Source: an uncultured Gemmatimonadales bacterium
GTDB lineage: Bacteria > Gemmatimonadota > Gemmatimonadetes > Gemmatimonadales > GWC2-71-9
Direction: 5' to 3'
Assembly (NCBI GenBank): GCA_963825055.1
Contig: CAWGSK010000012.1
Span: 1 to 64,000 of the forward strand
DNA: 64,000 nt
Under the pieces are notes generated by a model. That model was not told the origin of the DNA. It made no database searches and saw nothing but the letters and a program-made list of their open reading frames with translations. Made by a program: the position numbers and the translations under genes. The stretch's first letter is position 1. The number at the start of each line of letters is the position of its first letter. Positions 1-10,544 of this stretch are shown piece by piece.

Positions 1-100
1 AAGCCCGCATCATATCGCAGCTGTTCCTGCCGGCGCCCGAGAGGGGGCCTTTCATGCAGCCGCCGACCGTGGACTCCCCGGGGGATAGCCCCGGGGCAAT

Positions 101-3100
101 ATGTTGCCCCGACGGGAGCCGCCTTCCGCCCCGGGCCGCCGCTTGACGACACCCCGCTCAACTACCGATCCCCGACAGGCCGCCTCGCACGGCCCCCAGC
201 GCGAAGCGGCGCTGCTGCGGCTTTCCACCGGGATCGCGGCGGGCGAGAGCGAGAAGGACATCTGCCGTGCGGTAGTGGACGGCCTCCAGGACGCAGCGCT
301 CGGCTTTGATTTCGTGGCGGTCCTGCTGGTCGACGAGGCCACGGGGGACCGGGTGGTCATCGCCAGCCGTGGATGGGCCGGCGCCCCGCCGGGCCTGCGG
401 GTCGCCCCCGGGCAGGGCCTCAGCGAACTGCCACTGCTGGACGGCCGTCTCCACTACACGCCCCAGGTTACCCAGGACACCCGCTATCTCCCCACCCGGA
501 ACGAGGGTTCGGAAGTAGACGTCCCCGTTCTTGTCAACCGGGAGCTCGTGGGGGTGCTGGTGGTCGAGAGCAACCGCCATCATGCCTTCGGGACTGATGA
601 CTTCGAGGTGCTCCGGGCAGCGGCCAACCAGGCCGGCATCGCCATCGGGCGCGCCCGCCTGCTGGCGGCGGAGCGCCGGCGGGCCGACGAGCAGGAAGCC
701 CTGCGGGCCACCATGGCCGACCTCTCCGCACGGCTGGAGCTCTCCGACCTCCTGCAGGCGGTTCTGGAACGCGCCATCCAGCTCCTGGGTGTCAGCCATG
801 GCGAACTCGCCATCTATGACCGCGAGCAGGAAGAACTCGAGATTGTCGCGAGCTACAACCTCGGCCGGAAGGACACGACCGGAACCCGGATGCGTGTGGG
901 CGAGGGGGCGATGGGCCACGTCGCCCTGACGCGCGAACCCTATATCATCCCCGACTACAACGCGTGGGCAGCGCGCTCCGAACAGTATGCCCAGGCGGCC
1001 TTCCATGCCGTCATGGTGGCCCCGCTCCTCATGGGGCGGCAGCTCGTCGGCGCCATTGCGTTCATGGACCAGGAGCCGGCCCGCCAGTTCGGGCACGAGG
1101 ATCTCCGGCTGCTGGACCTCTTCGCGCCCCAGGCCGCGGTCGCGATCGAGAATGCCCGGCTCTTCACGGTGGAGCGTCGGCGCGCGGAGGAGCAACAGGC
1201 ACTCCTCGATACCATGAAGGACCTGGCGGGAGAACTCGAGCTGTCGAAGGTCCTGCAGCGGGTGCTGGAGCGGGCAGTGGGGCTCCTGCACGTCACCGGG
1301 GGCGAACTGGCGACGTACGACCCTGCCGCCGGCGACCTGGTCATCGTGGCAAGCCATGACATGGGCACCGACGCGGTCGGGAGCCGCATCGCCCTCGGGG
1401 ACGGAGCCATGGGCCGAGTCGCCGAGACCAGGGAGTCGCTGATCATCCCCCGCTACCAGGAGTGGGAAGGCCGGTCTGCGAAGTACACCCAGAGCACCGT
1501 GCAGTCCGTAATGGCCGCCCCACTGATGATCGGTTCGCGCCTCGTCGGCACGATTGCGAGCGTCCATTCGGATCCGGACCGGAAGCTTGGCCCCGGGGAT
1601 CTTCGGCTGCTCGAGTTGTTTGCGCCTGAGGCCGCCATCGCCATCGAGAACGCCCGCCTCTTCACGCAGGCTCAGCATCAGCAGCAATACTTTGGCGAGC
1701 TCGTCGCGAACAGCCCGGTGGCAATCGTGACCCTGGACCAGTCCCACAACGTCGTGTCCTGCAATCCCGCGTTCCTGGCTCTCTTCGGCTACGAGGAGGC
1801 GGAGGTCGTGGGCCACCAGCTCGACGACCTCATTACCACGGAGGAGGCGCGGGCGCAGGCGGTGCAGTACACCGTCCAGGCGCTTGACCGGCAGGCGGTA
1901 CAGGCCATTGCGCAGCGGCGCCGGAAGGACGGGACCATGGTGGACGTCGAGGTGCTGGGCGTCCCCGTGGTGGTGGACGGTGTCCTGGTCGGAATGATGG
2001 GGCTCTACCACGATATCACCGAGTTGCTGAAGGCCCGCCGGGCGGCGGAGTCGGCCAGCAGCGCCAAGAGCCAGTTCCTGGCCAGCATGAGCCACGAGCT
2101 TCGGACGCCGCTCAACGCCATCATCGGCTACAGCGAAATGCTGGAAGAGGAAGCCGGCGAACGCGGCGACCCGGAGTCGGCGGCGGACCTGCAGAAGATC
2201 CGCGCGGCCGGCCGCCACCTCCTGGCGCTCATCAATGACGTGCTCGATCTCTCGAAGATCGAGGCGGGCAAGATGGACCTGTACTATGAGACCTTCGAAC
2301 TCCGCCCGGCGATGGAGGCCGTGGCGTCGACCATCGCCCCGCTGGTCGAGAAGAACGGCAACGCCCTGGTGCTCGAGATGCCTGATGACCTTGGAGCAAT
2401 CCGGGCGGATGCCACCCGGGTCCGGCAGGTGCTGTTCAACCTGCTCTCCAATGCCATCAAGTTCACGGAGCGGGGAACCGTCACCCTGGCGGCGCGCCGG
2501 GACCCGTCGCCGGAGGGGGACACGATCTGGTTCACAGTCCGGGATACCGGGATCGGAATGACCCCTGAACAACTGGGACGGCTCTTCCAGTCCTTCGCCC
2601 AGGCCGAAGCGTCCACGGCAAGCAAGTACGGGGGCACCGGGCTCGGCCTGGCCATCAGCAGGCGATTCTGCGAGATGATGGGAGGGAAGATCACGGTGGA
2701 GAGCACGCCGGGTGAAGGCACCACCTTCACCGTCCAGCTGCCGGCTGACGGGAGCGGGGAGGGCGACCACGCCAGGGAATCCCGTCCATCCGCAGAGACG
2801 GGCGAGGAGGGCACGGTGCTGGTCATCGACGACGACAGCTCCACCCGTGACTTGCTCGGCCGCATGCTCGGGCGCGAGGGCTATCGCGTGTTGCAGGCGG
2901 GCAGCGGCGCGGAAGGGCTGCGGCTGGCGCGGGCAGAGCACCCGGATGTCATCACGCTCGATGTCCTCATGCCCGGCCAGGACGGCTGGGAGGTCCTCGC
3001 GGCCCTGAAGAATGATCCTGAGATGGCCGGCATTCCGGTCGTCATGCTGAGTATCACGGATGACCGGAACCTCGGTTATGCCCTGGGGGCGTCGGAGTAC

Positions 3101-3553
3101 CTGACCAAGCCCATCGAACGGGCCCGGCTGGCGGCGGTGCTGGCCCGGTACCGCCGGCCTCCCGGCGGCTCCGTCCTGGTGGTGGAGGATGATCCCGATA
3201 CCCGGGCGATGCTGCGGCGGTCCCTTGAGCGGGCGGGGTGGCAGGTCGGGGAGGCGGAGAACGGGCGGATCGGGCTCGAGCGGGTGGCGGCGGACCGGCC
3301 CTCGCTCGTGCTCCTCGATCTCATGATGCCGGAGATGGACGGATTCGAGTTCCTCGACGCGCTTCGGGGACGGATGGGGGCCCTGAGTCCTGACGTCGTG
3401 GTCATCACGGCCAAGGAGCTGACCGCGGACGAACGGCGTCGCCTGAACGGCGGGGTCGAGCGTGTCATCCAGAAGCATGCCTTTGATGCTGACGCCTTCC
3501 TGGCCGAGGTGCGCTCCCGGGTCGCGGCGGTGGAAGGAAGAGAGCCGGCATGA
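101..3553 (+). CDS. Hybrid sensor histidine kinase, GAF x3-PAS-HisKA-HATPase-REC-REC
   Basis: H-box [14 protein letters not shown]-box [15 protein letters not shown]1 DTGIG, G2 GGTGLGL. Two receivers ([16 protein letters not shown]). GAF ends [25 protein letters not shown]. Start could be TTG 143. Confidence 0.93.
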   Translation: MLPRREPPSAPGRRLTTPRSTTDPRQAASHGPQREAALLRLSTGIAAGESEKDICRAVVDGLQDAALGFDFVAVLLVDEATGDRVVIASRGWAGAPPGLRVAPGQGLSELPLLDGRLHYTPQVTQDTRYLPTRNEGSEVDVPVLVNRELVGVLVVESNRHHAFGTDDFEVLRAAANQAGIAIGRARLLAAERRRADEQEALRATMADLSARLELSDLLQAVLERAIQLLGVSHGELAIYDREQEELEIVASYNLGRKDTTGTRMRVGEGAMGHVALTREPYIIPDYNAWAARSEQYAQAAFHAVMVAPLLMGRQLVGAIAFMDQEPARQFGHEDLRLLDLFAPQAAVAIENARLFTVERRRAEEQQALLDTMKDLAGELELSKVLQRVLERAVGLLHVTGGELATYDPAAGDLVIVASHDMGTDAVGSRIALGDGAMGRVAETRESLIIPRYQEWEGRSAKYTQSTVQSVMAAPLMIGSRLVGTIASVHSDPDRKLGPGDLRLLELFAPEAAIAIENARLFTQAQHQQQYFGELVANSPVAIVTLDQSHNVVSCNPAFLALFGYEEAEVVGHQLDDLITTEEARAQAVQYTVQALDRQAVQAIAQRRRKDGTMVDVEVLGVPVVVDGVLVGMMGLYHDITELLKARRAAESASSAKSQFLASMSHELRTPLNAIIGYSEMLEEEAGERGDPESAADLQKIRAAGRHLLALINDVLDLSKIEAGKMDLYYETFELRPAMEAVASTIAPLVEKNGNALVLEMPDDLGAIRADATRVRQVLFNLLSNAIKFTERGTVTLAARRDPSPEGDTIWFTVRDTGIGMTPEQLGRLFQSFAQAEASTASKYGGTGLGLAISRRFCEMMGGKITVESTPGEGTTFTVQLPADGSGEGDHARESRPSAETGEEGTVLVIDDDSSTRDLLGRMLGREGYRVLQAGSGAEGLRLARAEHPDVITLDVLMPGQDGWEVLAALKNDPEMAGIPVVMLSITDDRNLGYALGASEYLTKPIERARLAAVLARYRRPPGGSVLVVEDDPDTRAMLRRSLERAGWQVGEAENGRIGLERVAADRPSLVLLDLMMPEMDGFEFLDALRGRMGALSPDVVVITAKELTADERRRLNGGVERVIQKHAFDADAFLAEVRSRVAAVEGREPA

Positions 3554-6500
3554 CGCGGCCTGACGCACTGGCGAACCAGCAACCGGGCGCGATGCGATCC
3601 GCGCTCCTCCGCCTCAGCACACGGATCGCGGAATCCCAGGACGAAGCGCAGATCTGCCAGGGAGTGGTCGAAGGCCTGATGCACCCCGTCTTCGGGTTCA
3701 ACGGCGCCGGCATGTTCCTGGCCGGGACCGACGCATTCGAGCCCACGCTCAAGGCCAGCGCCGGGCAATACGGGGAGGATCGCGCAGGACTCTCGGAGCT
3801 GCGCCTGCCGCTCCGGGTAGACCAGAGTGCCATCGGTGAGCTCGTGGTGCAGCGCGCGGGCAGCGGCGCGTTCAACCAGGGAGACCTGGAAATCCTTACC
3901 GCCGCCACGACACAGGCCAGCATTGCCATCGGGCGGGTCCGGCTGCTCGCCGCGGAGCGCAGGCGGACCTCGGAGCAGCGTGCGCTGCTCGACACCCTCG
4001 CTGACCTCTCCGGCGAGCTGGAGCTCGATGCGCTCCTCCAGGCTGTCCTGAACCGGGCGGTCGCGCTGCTGGGAGTCACGGGGGGCGAGCTGGCCGTGTA
4101 TGACGAGGAGCGCGATGAGCTGGTGATCGTCGCGGCACAGGGCATTGGCAAGGCATCCGTGGGAACCCGGATGCGTCGGGGTGATGGCGGCATGGGTCAC
4201 GTGGCCAGCACGCATGAGCCGCTGATCATCCCCAACTACCAGCAGTGGGAGGGACGCTCGGGGCAGTACACCCAGAGTACGGTGCAGGCGGTCGCCGTCG
4301 TCCCCCTGCTGGTGGGCCCCCGGCTGGTGGGCGCCATCGCCGCCGTCCACTCCGATCCCACCCGCAAGCTCGGCGAGGCGGATCTGAGGCTGCTGAACCT
4401 GTTTGCGGCCCAGGCGGCGATCGCCATCGAGAATGCCAGGCTCTACGCCGCCGAGCGTGACAGAGCGACCGAGCAGGAGGCCCTGCTCGATACGCTGGCC
4501 GACCTGTCGGGACAGCTCGAGCTGTCGCGCCTGCTGACGGCCGTGCTGGAGCGGGCCACGGCACTGCTGGACGTGACCGGCGGTGAACTCGCCATTTACG
4601 AGGAATCCACGCGCGAGCTGGTCATCCTGGCGAGCAACCTGCCCGTCAGCGCCGTGGGGACCAGGATGCGCATTGGCGAGGGGGCGATGGGCCGGGTGGC
4701 CGAGACTCATGAACCACTGATCATCCCCCTGTACCAGGAATGGGAGGGCCGCTCCGACCGGTACACGGAGAGCACCATCCAGTCGGTGATGGCGGCTCCG
4801 CTGCTGATCGGTACGCGGCTCGTCGGGGCGATTGCCAGCGTGCATGACGATCCCAGCCGCCACTTCGGGGAGCGGGAACTGCGCCGCCTAACGATGTTCG
4901 CCCCGCAGGCCGCCATCGCCATTGAGAACGCCCGGCTGTTCACGGCGGAGCACCGGCGGGCGGAGGAGCAGGAGGCGCTCCTGGACACCCTGACCGACCT
5001 GGCGGGTGAGCTGGAGCTTTCGAAGGCCCTCGAGCGCGTCCTGGCACGGGCGGTGTCGCTGCTGCACGTGACGGGGGGTGAGCTGGCGACCTGGGATGAA
5101 GCACGTCGGGAACTGGTGGTGGTGGCCAGCCACAACATGGGCACCAACGCTGTGGGGGCCCGCATGCGACTCGGCGAGGGTGCCATGGGGCATGTGGCCC
5201 GGTCGCACGAGCCCCTGATCATTCCCCGGTACCAGGAGTGGAACGGCCGGTCGGAGCAGTACACGCAGAGTACCGTCCAGTCCGTCATGGCGGCCCCGCT
5301 GATGATCGGCACGCGACTCGTCGGGGCCATTGCCAGCGTGCACTCCGACCCTGAGCGGATCTTCGGTGCGCAGGACCTGCGGCTGCTCCAGCTCTTCGCG
5401 CCGCAGGCCGCGATCGCAATCGAGAACGCCCGCCTGTTCGACTCATCGCAGCGCTTCTATGAGGCGCTGATGCTCAACAACCCTGTCGCCATCGTGAATG
5501 TCGATCTGGAAGACAACATCACGTCCTGCAATCCCGCATTCGAGCAGCTATTCGGTTACGCGGAGCAGGAGGTGGTCGGGCGCAACCTCGACGAACTGCT
5601 GACGAGCGAGGAAACCCGTGAAGAGGCGCGGGAGTACACGCGCCAGACTGTTACCGGGGGCCGGGCGACGGGGATTGCGCGGCGACGCCACAAGAATGGC
5701 CGGATCGTCGAGGTGGAGCTGGTCTCGATCCCGGTGGTCGTGGGCGGGGAGCGGGTCGGGTTGATGGCGCTCTACCACGACATTACGGAACTGATGAAGG
5801 CGCGGCAGGAGGCCGAGGCGGCCAACTCCGCCAAGAGCCAGTTCCTGGCCAGCATGAGCCATGAACTCCGCACGCCGCTCAACGCCATCATCGGGTACAG
5901 CGAGATGCTGGAGGAGGATGCGGTCGAGCGGGGCCAGTCGGAAACGCAGGAGGACCTGCAGAAAATCTGCGCCGCGGGGCGCCATCTGCTGGCGCTGATC
6001 AACGACGTGCTGGACCTGTCCAAGATCGAGGCGGGGAAGTTCGAACTGTACCTCGAGGCGGTGGACGTGCCCACGGTCGTCCGCGATGTTGCGACCACGG
6101 TCGAACCCCTGATTGCGCGCAACGGCAACCACCTCGTCGTGGAATGCGCGTCCGGCCTTGGGAGCATCCATTCGGACCTGACCCGGATCCGGCAGATCCT
6201 GCTGAACCTCCTCTCCAATGCGTCCAAGTTCACCGAAGGCGGGGAGATCGTCCTCCGGGTGTTCCGGGAGGCCGGCTGGGTGACACTGCAGGTGAGCGAC
6301 GCTGGCATCGGGATGACGGCGGAGCAGATCGACCGCCTGTTCGTTCCCTTCTCACAGGCGGAAAGCTCCACCGCGCGGAAATACGGCGGCACCGGCCTCG
6401 GGCTGGCCATCACCAGGCGGTTCTGTGAGTTGATGGGCGGGGAGATCACGGTCGCCAGCGAGCCGGGGAAGGGCTCCACGTTCACCGTCCGGCTGCCGGA

Positions 6501-7287
6501 GGACTCGGCGCCGGAAGCCGCCAGCCCTGACCCGGCGTTCGACGCGTCAGGGAGCGCTGGAACCGTCCTGGTGATCGATGACGACCCGTCCGCCCGGACC
6601 ATCACGGGTCGGGTGCTGGGACGCGAGGGCTACCGGATCATCGAAGCGGCCGGTGGTGAAGCAGGCCTGCAACTCGCGCGGGAATTCCATCCCGACCTGA
6701 TCACGCTTGACATCCTCATGCCTGGCATGGATGGCTGGACGGTCCTGAGCGAGCTAAAGGCGGATCCCGCGCTCGCCGGCATCCCCGTCATCCTCCAGAC
6801 CATCACCGAGGACCGGAACATGGGGTTTGCCCTCGGGGCCTCCGAGTACCTCACCAAGCCAATCGAGCGCGACCGTCTCGCCGCGGTGGTCAAGCGGTAC
6901 GTGCCCGTCCCGGGAGCGGGAACGGTACTCGTAGTGGAGGACGAGCCCGCGACGCGCGCCCTGCTGGTCAAGTCGCTGCGCAAGGCCGGCTGGGGCGTGG
7001 TCGAGGCCGCCAATGGCCGTGAGGCGCTCGATGTCGTCGCGGCGGGTCATCCGGCCCTCGTGCTGCTCGATCTCATGATGCCCGAGATGGACGGGTTCGA
7101 GTTTCTCGACTTTCTCGGGCGTGATCCGCATGGACCGGAGATCCCGGTCGTGGTGATTACCGCCAAGACCCTCACGGACGAGGAGCGTCGCCGCCTCAAC
7201 GGGTCCGTGGAACGGGTCGTCCAGAAGCACGCCCACGAGACCGGTGCCCTGCTCGACGAGGTGCGGGCCGTGATGGGGGCGCGATGA
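3550..7287 (+). CDS. Hybrid sensor histidine kinase, GAF x4-PAS-HisKA-HATPase-REC-REC
   Basis: Same motifs as the upstream paralogue. One shortened N-terminal GAF plus three near-identical GAF repeats. ATGA overlap with the previous gene. Confidence 0.93.
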   Translation: MTRPDALANQQPGAMRSALLRLSTRIAESQDEAQICQGVVEGLMHPVFGFNGAGMFLAGTDAFEPTLKASAGQYGEDRAGLSELRLPLRVDQSAIGELVVQRAGSGAFNQGDLEILTAATTQASIAIGRVRLLAAERRRTSEQRALLDTLADLSGELELDALLQAVLNRAVALLGVTGGELAVYDEERDELVIVAAQGIGKASVGTRMRRGDGGMGHVASTHEPLIIPNYQQWEGRSGQYTQSTVQAVAVVPLLVGPRLVGAIAAVHSDPTRKLGEADLRLLNLFAAQAAIAIENARLYAAERDRATEQEALLDTLADLSGQLELSRLLTAVLERATALLDVTGGELAIYEESTRELVILASNLPVSAVGTRMRIGEGAMGRVAETHEPLIIPLYQEWEGRSDRYTESTIQSVMAAPLLIGTRLVGAIASVHDDPSRHFGERELRRLTMFAPQAAIAIENARLFTAEHRRAEEQEALLDTLTDLAGELELSKALERVLARAVSLLHVTGGELATWDEARRELVVVASHNMGTNAVGARMRLGEGAMGHVARSHEPLIIPRYQEWNGRSEQYTQSTVQSVMAAPLMIGTRLVGAIASVHSDPERIFGAQDLRLLQLFAPQAAIAIENARLFDSSQRFYEALMLNNPVAIVNVDLEDNITSCNPAFEQLFGYAEQEVVGRNLDELLTSEETREEAREYTRQTVTGGRATGIARRRHKNGRIVEVELVSIPVVVGGERVGLMALYHDITELMKARQEAEAANSAKSQFLASMSHELRTPLNAIIGYSEMLEEDAVERGQSETQEDLQKICAAGRHLLALINDVLDLSKIEAGKFELYLEAVDVPTVVRDVATTVEPLIARNGNHLVVECASGLGSIHSDLTRIRQILLNLLSNASKFTEGGEIVLRVFREAGWVTLQVSDAGIGMTAEQIDRLFVPFSQAESSTARKYGGTGLGLAITRRFCELMGGEITVASEPGKGSTFTVRLPEDSAPEAASPDPAFDASGSAGTVLVIDDDPSARTITGRVLGREGYRIIEAAGGEAGLQLAREFHPDLITLDILMPGMDGWTVLSELKADPALAGIPVILQTITEDRNMGFALGASEYLTKPIERDRLAAVVKRYVPVPGAGTVLVVEDEPATRALLVKSLRKAGWGVVEAANGREALDVVAAGHPALVLLDLMMPEMDGFEFLDFLGRDPHGPEIPVVVITAKTLTDEERRRLNGSVERVVQKHAHETGALLDEVRAVMGAR

Positions 7288-10169
7288 CGCCCGACGTGGC
7301 GGGACAGGCCGCCCATCGCCAGGCCGCGCTGCTCCGGCTGAGTGCCGAGATCGCGGGGGCACCGACCGAGGAGGCCGTCTGCCGGGCCGTGGTCGAGGGC
7401 CTCCGTGACCCGTCTCTGAGTTACGATTTCCTCGGCGTGTTCCTGCTGGACCCGGACACCGGCGACCGGGTGCTGCGCGCGAGCGTGGGCTGGCCCGATG
7501 TCCCGAACGACTGGCGGGTTCCCGCCGGGCAGGGCCTGAGCGCCAGGGCCATGCAGGACGGCCAGCTGCACTACACGGCCGACGTCACCCGCGAGGCCGG
7601 ATACCTCCCCAGCCTGAACAGCGGGTCTGAGGTGGACGTGCCGCTCCGCAGCGGTGCGGAAGTGCTGGGCGTGCTTGTGGTGGAAAGCACCGAACCCGAT
7701 GCCTTCGACGACCACGATTTCGAAATCCTCACTGCGGCGGCCACGCTGGGAGGCATCGCCCTGGCGCGGGTGCGGCTGTTGACCGGCGAGCGCCGCCGCG
7801 CCAATGAGCAGCAGGCGGTACTCGATACCCTGGCGGACCTGTCGGGAGAGCTCGAACTCGCCAAGCTGCTGCAGGCCATGCTCCGCCGCGCCACCGCCCT
7901 CCTCGGCGTGAGCGGTGGTGAGCTGGCGATCTTCGATGAGGAAAGTCAGCAGCTGGTGGTCGCCGCAAGCCTGAACATCGGCGTGGACTCCACCGGGACC
8001 CGGCTGGCCCTGGGGGAGGGGGCCATGGGGCACGTCGCGGAGACGCGTGAGCCCATCCTGATCCCCGAGTACGTGGAGTGGCTGGGGCGATCGGAGAAAT
8101 ACGACGGCGTCGAGGTTCACGCCGTGATGGCCGCCCCCCTCCTGATCGGCCAGCGGCTGGTGGGCGCCTTCGCCTGCGTGCACGACGACCCGGCCCGCCG
8201 GTTCGGCCCGGACGACCTGCGGCTGATGAACCTCTTCTCCCCCCAGGCCGCCGTCGCCATCGAGAATGCCCGGCTCTACACCACGGCAACGCGGCAGCGG
8301 CAGTACTTCGAGGCCCTGGTCCTCAACAGCCCGGTGGCGATCGTCACTTTGGATACCAGGCACCGCGTGGTAGCCGGGAACCCCTCCTTCGAGGCGCTGT
8401 TCGGCTATTCCAGGGAGGAATACCTCGGCCGGAACCTGGATGAACTGATCGCGACGGATACGAGCCTGTCCGATGCCGTGGCCATTACGCAGCACGTGCT
8501 CGACCAGGGAGCTGTCCGGACGGTTGGACGGCGGCGGTGCCGGGACGGCACCCAGGTGGAGGTGGAGATCCTTGGCGTACCGGTCCAGGTGGATGGGGAA
8601 CTCGTCGGGCTCATGGGCATCTATCATGACATCACGGAATTGAGCCGTGCGCGCCGGACCGCGGAGGAGGCCAGCAGCGCCAAGAGCCAGTTCCTGGCCA
8701 ACATGAGTCATGAACTCCGGACCCCGTTGAATGCGATCATCGGATACAGCGAGATGCTGGAGGAGGAAGTCGCAGAGATTGACCACGCGGAACTCGCGCC
8801 CGACCTCCAGAAGATTCGCTCGGCCGGCCGGCATCTCCTGGCCCTGATCAACGACATTCTCGACCTCTCGAAGATCGAGGCCGGCAAGTCCGAGCTCTAC
8901 CTGGAGGAATTCGATGTCGCTGGCATGGTCCAGGACGTCGCCATGACGATCCGGCCGCTGGTGGAAAAGAACGGGAACGTCCTCCGGATCGAACATGGCT
9001 CGGTGGGTCGCATGCGCGCGGACCTCACCAAGGTGCGCCAGATGCTGCTGAACCTCCTTTCCAATGCATGCAAGTTCACCGAGCATGGCACGGTTACCCT
9101 GGCAGTGACCCGGGTGGGGTCGGGCTCCGGGGAGGAGATCATGTTCGCGGTCCGGGACTCGGGCATCGGCATGACCCCCGCGCAGCTCGACCGCTTGTTC
9201 GAGGCCTTCTCCCAGGCAGAGGCCTCCACCAGCAAGAAGTACGGAGGCACCGGGCTGGGCCTCGCCATTACCCGGCGCTTTGCCCAGCTGATGGGGGGGG
9301 ATGTCACGGTGGCGAGCGAGACCGGACGTGGCTCGACCTTTACGATTCGTCTGCCGCTGGCCCCGGCGCCATCCGACGCGGCCACCCTGCCGGGCGACAT
9401 GGACGGGTCCGGTGGCGCCGGCACCATCCTGGTCATCGACGACAATGACGAAGCCCGTGAGATCGTGCGCCGGCTCCTGCTCACGGAGGGCTACCGCGTG
9501 ATCGAGGCCACGGGTGGCGAAGCGGGGCTCGCGCTGGCCCGCCAGGAGAGTCCGGATGCCATCACCCTGGACGTGCTGATGCCGGGCATGGATGGCTGGG
9601 CGGTGCTCGCCGCCCTGAAGGCTGATCCCAGCCTCGCAGGCATTCCGGTCATCATGCTGACCATGCTCGAGGATCAGCACCTCGGCGTGGCCCTGGGCGC
9701 CTCCGAATACGTGACCAAACCGATCGACCGTGACCATCTGCGGGCCCTGCTGGCCAGGTACCGGCGCGAGGATCGCCGCGAGGTGCTGGTGGTCGAGGAC
9801 GACGCCCCGACGCGGGAATTGCTCCGCCGGCTCCTGGAGAGTGACGGGTGGGCTGTGACCGAGGCCCCCAACGGGCAGGCGGGCCTGGAGCAACTGGAGG
9901 TCATCACTCCCGCCCTGATCCTGCTGGACCTGATGATGCCGGTGATGGATGGCTGGGAGTTTGCCCGGGCACTCCAGGCGCGTGAGGCCTGGCGGAGCCT
10001 TCCCGTTGTCGTCCTCACGGCCAGGGACCTGACGCCCGAGGACCGTCGCGCGCTGAGCGGCGACGTCCAGAGCGTGCTCCAGAAAGGGGCCTTCGAGCCT
10101 CAAGAACTGCGGGAGGAAATCCACCGCCTGCTGGCCGTTGCATCGCGCCGCTCTGACATTACGAGGTAG
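7284..10169 (+). CDS. Hybrid sensor histidine kinase, GAF x2-PAS-HisKA-HATPase-REC-REC
   Basis: [30 protein letters not shown], two REC domains; ATGA overlap. Confidence 0.93.
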   Translation: MTPDVAGQAAHRQAALLRLSAEIAGAPTEEAVCRAVVEGLRDPSLSYDFLGVFLLDPDTGDRVLRASVGWPDVPNDWRVPAGQGLSARAMQDGQLHYTADVTREAGYLPSLNSGSEVDVPLRSGAEVLGVLVVESTEPDAFDDHDFEILTAAATLGGIALARVRLLTGERRRANEQQAVLDTLADLSGELELAKLLQAMLRRATALLGVSGGELAIFDEESQQLVVAASLNIGVDSTGTRLALGEGAMGHVAETREPILIPEYVEWLGRSEKYDGVEVHAVMAAPLLIGQRLVGAFACVHDDPARRFGPDDLRLMNLFSPQAAVAIENARLYTTATRQRQYFEALVLNSPVAIVTLDTRHRVVAGNPSFEALFGYSREEYLGRNLDELIATDTSLSDAVAITQHVLDQGAVRTVGRRRCRDGTQVEVEILGVPVQVDGELVGLMGIYHDITELSRARRTAEEASSAKSQFLANMSHELRTPLNAIIGYSEMLEEEVAEIDHAELAPDLQKIRSAGRHLLALINDILDLSKIEAGKSELYLEEFDVAGMVQDVAMTIRPLVEKNGNVLRIEHGSVGRMRADLTKVRQMLLNLLSNACKFTEHGTVTLAVTRVGSGSGEEIMFAVRDSGIGMTPAQLDRLFEAFSQAEASTSKKYGGTGLGLAITRRFAQLMGGDVTVASETGRGSTFTIRLPLAPAPSDAATLPGDMDGSGGAGTILVIDDNDEAREIVRRLLLTEGYRVIEATGGEAGLALARQESPDAITLDVLMPGMDGWAVLAALKADPSLAGIPVIMLTMLEDQHLGVALGASEYVTKPIDRDHLRALLARYRREDRREVLVVEDDAPTRELLRRLLESDGWAVTEAPNGQAGLEQLEVITPALILLDLMMPVMDGWEFARALQAREAWRSLPVVVLTARDLTPEDRRALSGDVQSVLQKGAFEPQELREEIHRLLAVASRRSDITR

Positions 10170-10172
10170 GGC

Positions 10173-10544
10173 ATGCCGAGGATTTTGCTGATTGAGGACA
10201 ATGAGATGAACCGCGACATGCTCTCCCGCCGGCTGCGGCGGAAGGGCTACGAGGTGGAGATGGCGGTCGACGGGAGTGCGGGCGTCACGGCTGCCCTCGA
10301 AGGGCAGTTCGACGTCGTGCTCATGGATATGAGCCTTCCGGAGATCGACGGCTGGGAGGCCACCCGCCGTATCCGCGAGGCGGAAGCCGGGCGGCGGGTC
10401 CCCATCATTGCCCTGACGGCGCATGCCATGTCCGGTGACCGGGAGAAGGCGCTTGCGGCGGGGTGTGACGACTATGACACCAAGCCCGTAGAGCTCGACC
10501 GGCTGCTCGCGAAGATCGAAGCCCTGCTGCAGGCGGGTGAATGA
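10173..10544 (+). CDS. Single-domain response regulator (CheY/DivK-like)
   Basis: ILLIEDN, VLMDMSLP (phospho-Asp), ALTAHAM, YDTKP. Confidence 0.92.
   Translation: MPRILLIEDNEMNRDMLSRRLRRKGYEVEMAVDGSAGVTAALEGQFDVVLMDMSLPEIDGWEATRRIREAEAGRRVPIIALTAHAMSGDREKALAAGCDDYDTKPVELDRLLAKIEALLQAGE

Noticed and set aside
158..10424. Very long minus-strand ORFs (158..3568, 3076..4863, 7047..10424)
   Set aside because: Antisense shadows of the GC-rich kinase genes, with no recognisable motifs. The same applies to 57511..59223, 58887..60941 and 60857..63097.
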